NCBI RefSeq assembly: GCF_009914755.1
Contig: NC_060942.1
DNA from: the human T2T-CHM13v2.0 reference genome, Homo sapiens
DNA length: 64,000 nucleotides
Direction: 5' to 3' (one strand)
Both the position numbers and the translations under genes were made by a program. The notes beneath the pieces were generated by a model. That model ran no database searches and was not told the DNA's origin. It saw only the letters and a program-made list of their open reading frames with translations. Positions 56,166-64,000 of this stretch are shown here, piece by piece. Position 1 is the first letter of the stretch, and each line of letters begins with the position of its first letter.

Positions 56166-58535
56166 CTGCTGATAGATTTTTTAAAATAATATTTGCTTAA
56201 GGAAACAGCCCATTGCTTTGTTCTCTCCATTACAAAAACTGTCAGCATGAAAAGTGTCTTCAGAGCTCTTTTTCTAAGACAGAAGACTGCTGTAGCTTTA
56301 AAAAAAGACTTTTCAGGTATCTATCACCCCCACTCCACAGGATTTCAAAATTCTCAAGGCCATATTTTAGCCACTTTACACTTTCCTTTCCCCCAGTAGT
56401 TATTAAAAGAAGAAAACATCTACCAAATATATGCCTAGAAATATGGGTTCAGATCTGGGAAAATGGCAAAGAAAAGTTGAGCCCTCTTTTGCATGCTGTT
56501 TGCAGATCTCTGCCTTTTCAACTTTTAGAAGTTGAACTCTGTCTAGTCTCCGTTTAGATCCAGGAAGTCAAGTGCATTCTCTTATAGAAAGCAAACAACA
56601 ATATCACACCAAAGTAATAGTAGGAAATCCATGTAAGCCAAAAGAGGGAGCAACTGGAAAAATAAAAATAAAATTCAACACTTTTAATATTAAAAATAAA
56701 TTATCATATGTTAGTAGTAAACTATTCTTTATTATTCTGTGTTTTATAAGTATTCTTTTTGGTAAATGCTATTTTCTTTCCTACATTTATTACACTGAAC
56801 ACACATTGACTTTTATTGAAACTCATTTCTGAAATATTCAACTTGTAGACAAATTATTATTGAACTAAATGGCTATATAAAAAAGATGTAGCATATTAAT
56901 AATTCAGCCTTTGAATTATGTTCCACTGACCCTAATAAGCCACCTGTTTTTATAAACAAAACAACAACAACAAAAAGTAATTCAATGATTTAATGGAACA
57001 TCTCTAATAATTGAAAAAAATTTAAAGAAAAAAAGTAAAATAGAATATAATTAAAGGTAAGTGAAAGAGTCTTTAAAGAATGCCCATTCTTACATCTTTT
57101 ATTTGGTGGCGCTATAACAAAACATAATAGCATCACATACTTTAAAAAACAAAACTTAAGGATCACATGTAAGCACTTGGACAAAAGTGACTTATGTATG
57201 AACCTCACAAGTGCTTCAACTATCAGGTTTAGACAGACACGGCTAGAACTGGAAATTGGCCAATAAAAGTATAAATTCAATTACATCACTTTGAAACAAT
57301 TAAACTTGCCTGATCACTTTGACTGTGACAGAGAAAGCATTTGCTGTAGTAATATTAGATCAGTGAGAGGCAAGACAGTGCAGCATGAGGTAAAAGACCG
57401 ATTTAAATTTTGCCTCAAGGTCTAGAGGGACTTGCTTTCATTTGCTAGAAATAAGCAAAACACAAGAAGGTTTAGTGTCACATATAAACAGCTATCAATC
57501 AAGATCTCTAGCTAATGCCAATAGACCTTAGGGGAAAGTTAAATGACTTGTACGCAACACAATGCTTACTGAAAGAAGAAAACCACAGCATGATAGAAAA
57601 AATAATATTTCATTTTTATTAAACCATTTATTGTAAATGATAAAATAATAGCAAAGATTTAATAGGAAAAAAGTCTGTTCTTTGAATTAAAGCATTTATC
57701 TTTCTTCTTTCAGGAAAACATAAGAAGTATACATTTATCCTGACATTTTGAGCTCCAAAAAAGCATTTGGTCAAGTGTTTTTGGTTGAATGTCTTGGCCT
57801 GAGCTATTAGGAAATTAATTTGATAATTTATTTTTAATGATGCATCACTAACCTGAATGCCTTTGTGCTTGGATGAACCAACACATTTCTACAAATTGAA
57901 CACAGCACGATTTCCTTTTCAGATTTCCCTATATAATAACTATTTGAAAAAGGTTTTTAACTCTCAATGCTTTAGCCAATGTAATGTTTAATTAAATTAT
58001 TTGACTAATTTTTCATTTTAGCATTATTATAGGTTCCTCCTCTTCGTGAAACAGTTTTATTCTCTCAGTTCACTAATATCTTCACAATTGCAGCACTGAC
58101 ACTAAGCAAAACTGATCCCCTTAAAACCACATCCTTCCTTGTCTGGGCTTTCACAGGAGTGTTTTTTTCAAGCATTCTCCTCTTACTTAACGTATCCCTT
58201 TTGACCTCTTATCCTACTTCTCTTTCTCTTGTCACCTTGTAAAACAGTATTCTCCACATTCTAAGACCATTCTTCTATTCTTTATTTCTCTTAGTGATGT
58301 CATACTTTTCATTTTGTGAGAATGAAAGTCAATGCCTCTATCCCACCTCCCTCCCTCATGCTTCCACGTTCCGTCTCCCAATGCCTGATAGACATTTGTC
58401 AGGAGATGGTCCTCTGGAACCTCAAACTAACTATATCATAAACAAATTCCATTTCTAGTCCATAGCTTTTCCCTTCATTACTTCATTCCACAAAACAATC
58501 TTTGAATACCTAACATGTACTGGCTTTCGTCAAGA

Positions 58536-58829
58536 CCAGAGAACATCAAATATTTCTTATAAAATCCAGATAGCAAATGTTTTAGACATTGTAGGCCATA
58601 TGTCTCTGTTGCAACTATTCAATTCTGCCATTTTAGTATAAAAACAACAATGTGGACATGGCCATGTTAAATAAACCCACCTATGAATGCAGAAATTTAA
58701 ATTTCATATCATTTTCCTGTATCATGAATTCTTGATCATCTTTTGATTTTTGTCAACCATTGTTATCTCAGGATACTGAACCCTATTGCAGACTGGAATT
58801 GACACATGGACACAGTTTGCTGACTACTG
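58536..58829 (-). mobile_element. MER58B (hAT-Charlie) inserted in an L2 tail
   Basis: ccagatagcaaatgttttag...gtctctgttgcaactattcaattctgcc...cagtttgctgactactg. Confidence 0.8.
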
Positions 58830-59953
58830 TGGTAGATACTGGAGATTCAGCAATAAATAAGAAAGCTTATTTAGAAAGAAAGCTCAATAATCTTAATTTT
58901 GAAAAGAATCTCCCATTTGTATGCCAATATTGACTTCTGGTCACACAGCAACCTATGTCAGGTTTATTACTTATTACTTACTATAACCCACTCAATCATC
59001 AAGTAAGTAAAAAAAATCTTCTAAATATTAACCTCTGCTTTGTAACACTTTGCATACTCTCAATGTCCATATTCAAATGTTTTTATTTATAAATAGTTGA
59101 AAATATTTTGTATTTCAAGATTTCATTTTTATTTTTTCCACTTTGCAATTTTTATATTGGCATTATCTTCCTCAATATTTTTAAAGCAGCTTTATTTAAG
59201 TATAATGGACACACAATGAATTACACATGTTTAAAGTATACATATTGATCTTTTTAAATTCATGTATCAATTTAAACAACAATTTTGAGACATAGTTCAC
59301 ATATCATCCAAGTCACCCTTTTAAAACATACACCTCAGTTGTTTTTAGTACTATATTCTCAGAGTTGTACAACCAGTACTACCATCAAATTCACAATTAG
59401 ATAACCCCCCAAACAAGCCCAAAACCTATTAGCTATTACTCTCTGTTCCCTGATGCCCTCATGCCTTGCAAATACTAATTTACTTTTTGTGTCTATAGAT
59501 TTCCCTCTTCTGAATATGTCATATAAATCACACAATATGTTGCCTTGTTTTTTCTGGCTTCTGTTGCTTAGGACAATGTTTTCAAGGATCATCTACATCG
59601 CAGCTGGTATCTGTACTGGTTCAGTATTCCCTATTTGAAATGCTTGGGACTAGAAGTGTTTTAGATTTCAGATTTTTTTTCAGATTTGGGAATATTTGCA
59701 TATACCTGGTGAGATATTTTGGGGATATGATCCAAGTCTAAATGCAAAATTTATTTATGTTTCATATACACCTCATATCATGGCCTAAAGGTAACTTTAC
59801 ATAATATTTTAAATAATTTTGTGCATGAAACAGTGTGTGTATGTTGATCCATCAGAAAGCAAAAGTATCACTATCTCAGCCACCCATGTGGACAATCGGT
59901 GTGGTATTTTTGGCATCACCATCATTCCTGACTCTGATTTTATATGGTACCTA

Positions 59954-60306
<353 letters not shown>

Positions 60307-60874
60307 TGACATGTCATCTACACAGGAAAAAAAAAAACATGTTCAGGGTAAATAAGCAGCAGAGTAGCATCATCAGAATACCTGCATCAGCTGTTAAACA
60401 ATAACAACAATAAACAATGGCGGACTTTCAGTCTCCACCTACAATGCCGTGTTTTCATTGCAAGGTTACCGTACACTACATTTTGTTTTTAGGTGAGAAG
60501 AAACGTCAGAAACAGTTGTGGGACCAGGAAGTGGACCCTCTAGGGATGAGGAGGCATTCTGATCAATGGCTTCTTAAAATGCTTCATCCAAAGTCGTTTG
60601 CCTCATTAACAATCGTTGTTGTCTTAGAAGTTTCTCTTTGATTGCATAAACTTACATGATTTCTGGTCCTGTTATGAATACACACTGCTCTAGTCTTTCC
60701 ATAAGGCCATCACATATTTTCACCATGTCATCTATAGACCCTTTTTCTGCAATGTTAACAACATCATCTTCATTGTCACAATTATCACTATCACTGTAAT
60801 CCAAAACCATTTTGGCTATTTCACCATCTATGAGTGACAACTAGAGCTTCATTAACAATGTTAAACGTTTTTCC

Positions 60875-61176
60875 TCCAGGTGCGGTGGCCCGTGACTGCA
60901 GCCCCAGTATTTAGGGAGGCCAAGGTGGACTTGAGCCCAGGTGTTTGAGACCAGGCTGAGTATCATGGAGAAACCTATCACTACAACAAATAGAAAAACT
61001 AGAAAAATTAGCTGGGTGTGGTGGTGCATGCCTGTAGTCCCAGCTACTTGAGAGGCTGAGGAGGGAAAATCACTTGAACTCAGGAGGTGGAGGTTGCCAG
61101 GAGCCAAGATCATGCCACTGCACTCCAGCCCCTGGGTGACAAAGCGAGAGCCTGTCTTAAAAAAAAAAAAAAAAAA
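60875..61176 (+). mobile_element. AluJ nested in Tigger4
   Basis: cttgagcccagg in the left arm, high divergence; TSD-like aaacgtttttc / aaaagtttttc. Confidence 0.88.
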
Positions 61177-62122
61177 GTTTTTCAATTATCCACTTCAGCT
61201 TACTGATGGACTCTGAAAGTATATATTTTTGCATATGTAAGGAAATCAGACATCATTTTTTTCCACTTGACCTCCAGAATTCTTAAAGTCACCACCTTAT
61301 TTGTCATCACTGAACACACAGGCCAAAGGTTTTGCCAGGCATGCACAACTGTCTTTAGTCACTGCATTCTAAGCCCTGGCAACAGCTTATACAGCATTCT
61401 TTATGCCAAATTTATTTTGGAAACCTCCCACATCCACACCTCAGTTCAATGCTGCTGGAGTTCTTTTCAAGATAGTGTTCTCATATTTACTCTTCATTGA
61501 TCTAAGAATACCCTGATCCACATGACTGAATTAGTAAAGCCACATTTGGGAGAAAGTACACAGCATAAACGTTCTTTTTGATGAGAATTTCAGCTGGAGG
61601 GTGAGCAGAGCAGTTATCAAGGAATAATAAAATCTAGCAGTCATCATCTAGTCCAGCTTCCCTGCAGTGACCACAAGCTGCTGACACAAAATGTTTGTAG
61701 AACCAATCAGAAAAGATGTTTCTGGTGATTTATGAGTTTTGTTAACATAATAATGAACGAATAAGAAAACAGAGGACCTAAGCTTTTGCCTATAACAGTA
61801 AATTTAAACTTATGTGTGTCTGCTGCATTAGCACATCCCAGCACAGTTATATTGTTCTTGGCATCCTTAATTCCTGTAGGAACTGTCTCATCAACTGTAT
61901 TCAATGTCTTTCTGTGGCAATAATGCCAAAACAACAATGCTTCATCAGCATTACGGATTTATTTTGGCATCAGATTTTTATTAGCGATAACCTTGGCTAA
62001 CTCATCAATAAATTTCTCCACTGCTCCATGATCAACAGATGTTTTATTACCACAAACCTTTAAAAATTGAATGCCATTTTTATAAGTTTCTATCACGAGT
62101 CTATTGAACATTCAGTTTCCAG

Positions 62123-62202
62123 TTTATTGTAATAGACCTTTGCTTGTTTCATTTATTGTAATAGACCTTTGCTTGTTTCATTTATTGTAATAGACCTTTG
62201 CT
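62123..62202. repeat. 29-bp tandem repeat, 2.8 identical copies
   Basis: tttattgtaatagacctttgcttgtttca at 62123 and 62152, plus a 22-nt partial copy at 62181. Confidence 0.97.
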
Positions 62203-63616
62203 CGTATCATTAAGTGGAATGTGTTCACTGTGATACTGACAAATTCACTCTTGCAATACACAATTGAAATCTTCATTTTTAACTTTGTGCAGTCTTTTAA
62301 AGAATCAACTTTGATTAACTTTCAGCATAGAATTTCAACAATTTATCCTTCTGTTTCTTCAGGTTATATATGGTGGTCATTCCAACACTATACTCTTCTG
62401 TAAGATGTTTCATGCTTATACCACTGTCTAGCTTCTCCAACAACTGGACTTCCTGTGCTATCCATAAACAAAGGCATTCTCTTTTTCTTATTACTGTTAC
62501 CCACAGAGGTATCTCCGGGCCTTGCTGGTATTTTCAACAATACCCTTATGCCACAGAACAAAGTATAAGCAAAACAAAACACTGTAAATAAGGCACATAG
62601 GTCTTGGCTCCACATGGGTCATTGTGAGAAATATGCTGTTGGCGTGTCCGAACTGCACACATGACATTTTCTTACATTTTATGAGTGTGCTTCTGTGGGA
62701 CAATTTGGGCATGTGCAGAAAAGATACTCTCACAGCCAAAAGGGGCTGAAAGGATCTTTTTTCCACTGGGAACACTAAATAAACTGTGTGTTGTGCATCT
62801 GCATTTTGACGAAGACCCACCATGTTAGGTCAGGTGTGAAACTTTCCACTTGCGATGCCATGTCAGCTAGCAAAAGGTTTTGGATCTTGGAGCATTTTAG
62901 GTTTTGAATTTTTGGACTAGAGATGCTCACCTTGTACTTCATTCATTTTATGCTGAATAATATTCCATTCTATGGAGATACCACATTTTGTTGTCATTCA
63001 ACAGTTGACAGACATTGGGACTGGGTCAACTTTCTGACTATTATAAATAGTGTGTTTATACACATTCATGTACAAGATTTTGTATGAATGTGTATTTTCA
63101 TTTCTGTTGGACACATACCTTGGAGTGGAATTGTTTGGTCATGTGGTAACTCGGTGCTTAACATTTGTAGGTGTGCAGTTATGCCACTATGCATTCACCA
63201 CAACAATATATGAGGGTCCCCATTTCACCACGTACTATAACTTTTGTGTTCACATATAGGACATTTGTTCAGATCTTTATTACCTTTTCCCTAGACAATT
63301 GCTATATCCTTCTGCTTTCATTATTTGCCTTCAGTCTTTCATTTATTGCAATTTATCCCATAATACCACTAATAACAGTTTCTCTTTTTCCTAAGCAATA
63401 CTTTCTGTCACTACCCTATCTCACCAAACTCAAAAATTATCGACAACCCAAGAGGAAAACTGTAAATAGCTTATTCTAAAAAAAAGAAAAAAAAAGATTC
63501 AGAGGCCAGTAAAATTTGATACCTGTTTCCCAACAGCTTATATTATTTCACAACTAAAACTCTCCAGTTCAAACAAAACTACTTATGCATAGTCTTAGAG
63601 TTACATCTTGAGTGAG

Positions 63617-63720
63617 CAAGACTAGCTTTAACTGCCTGTGGCCCATGCCATCATGGAGGGCCCCATACTTAGATGAGCCTTGAACCCACTTAAATGCTCA
63701 GCTGTCATCTTAAAATTCTT
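63617..63720 (+). mobile_element. MER45-like 5' fragment
   Basis: gagggccccatacttaga...taaatgctcagctgtcatcttaaaattctt resembles the MER45A first half. Confidence 0.55.
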
Positions 63721-64000
63721 TTTTTCAAGTGTACAAAATACTTATTTTTACTAAAGTGAACGTATTGTCTGTACCGGCAACTTTGGACTTCCTATGAAAT
63801 AAACCAATGAGATGTATTACCACAACATAACTTATACCTATGGCTCAAGGAGGACTATGGCTCTTTTCTGTGGCACTGACCTAAAATTAGGGCACATTTC
63901 TGTCATTTCTTCACCCTCCACCCCTCATTCAGGATTGGCCTAGGGTAGCAAGGCATAGCCCCTGCTCTGTAACTGACTCTCATCTCCTCAGGACAGAAGG

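Larger units (their letters stand above)
60560..62531 (-). pseudogene. Decayed Tigger4 transposase (CENP-B/JRK-like HTH + DDE)
   Basis: Manual translation gives LCLWIAQEVQLLEKLDSGISMKHLTEEYSVGMTTIYNLKKQKDKLLKFYAE; the ORF track gives GIKDAKNNITVLGCANAADTHKFKFTVIGKS. The frame is broken, an Alu interrupts it and the expected start appears to read ATA. Confidence 0.85.

Noticed and set aside
57690-58180. Strong AG acceptors and an open frame near 58033
   Set aside because: The first candidate has stops in all frames and no good donor; the second overlaps L2-like sequence.
62123-62202. 29-bp direct repeats resembling a CRISPR repeat in length
   Set aside because: Head-to-tail with no spacers, in primate DNA with no cas genes; a simple tandem duplication.

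Overview
AT-rich (about 35% GC by eye), repeat-dense, apparently non-coding primate genomic DNA. An AluYe-type element points to a hominoid, probably human. I recognise no protein-coding exon, RNA gene or CpG island, so this is a large intron or intergenic region. Most of the recognisable ORFs in the track come from Alu, L1 or Tigger sequence, and the rest look like chance frames. Content: 14 Alus, an ~11 kb nested + strand L1 stack (33.4-44.2 kb), a near full-length Tigger4/Zombi with a decayed JRK-like transposase (59.6-62.9 kb), several solo LTRs, hAT MERs, L2/MIR relics and microsatellites. I found no support for a new biological system. The best unexplained signals are local template-switch scars: an ~85-bp templated insertion inside an MST LTR copied from 1.55 kb downstream, a fold-back plus tandem duplication in the adjacent L1, three strong palindromes (2159-2232, 8539-8584, 36028-36117), a tiny TSD-flanked poly(A) insert, and a possible retrocopy at the right edge. 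Repeat subfamily names come from remembered consensus sequences, not from a search, and boundaries of old elements are approximate.
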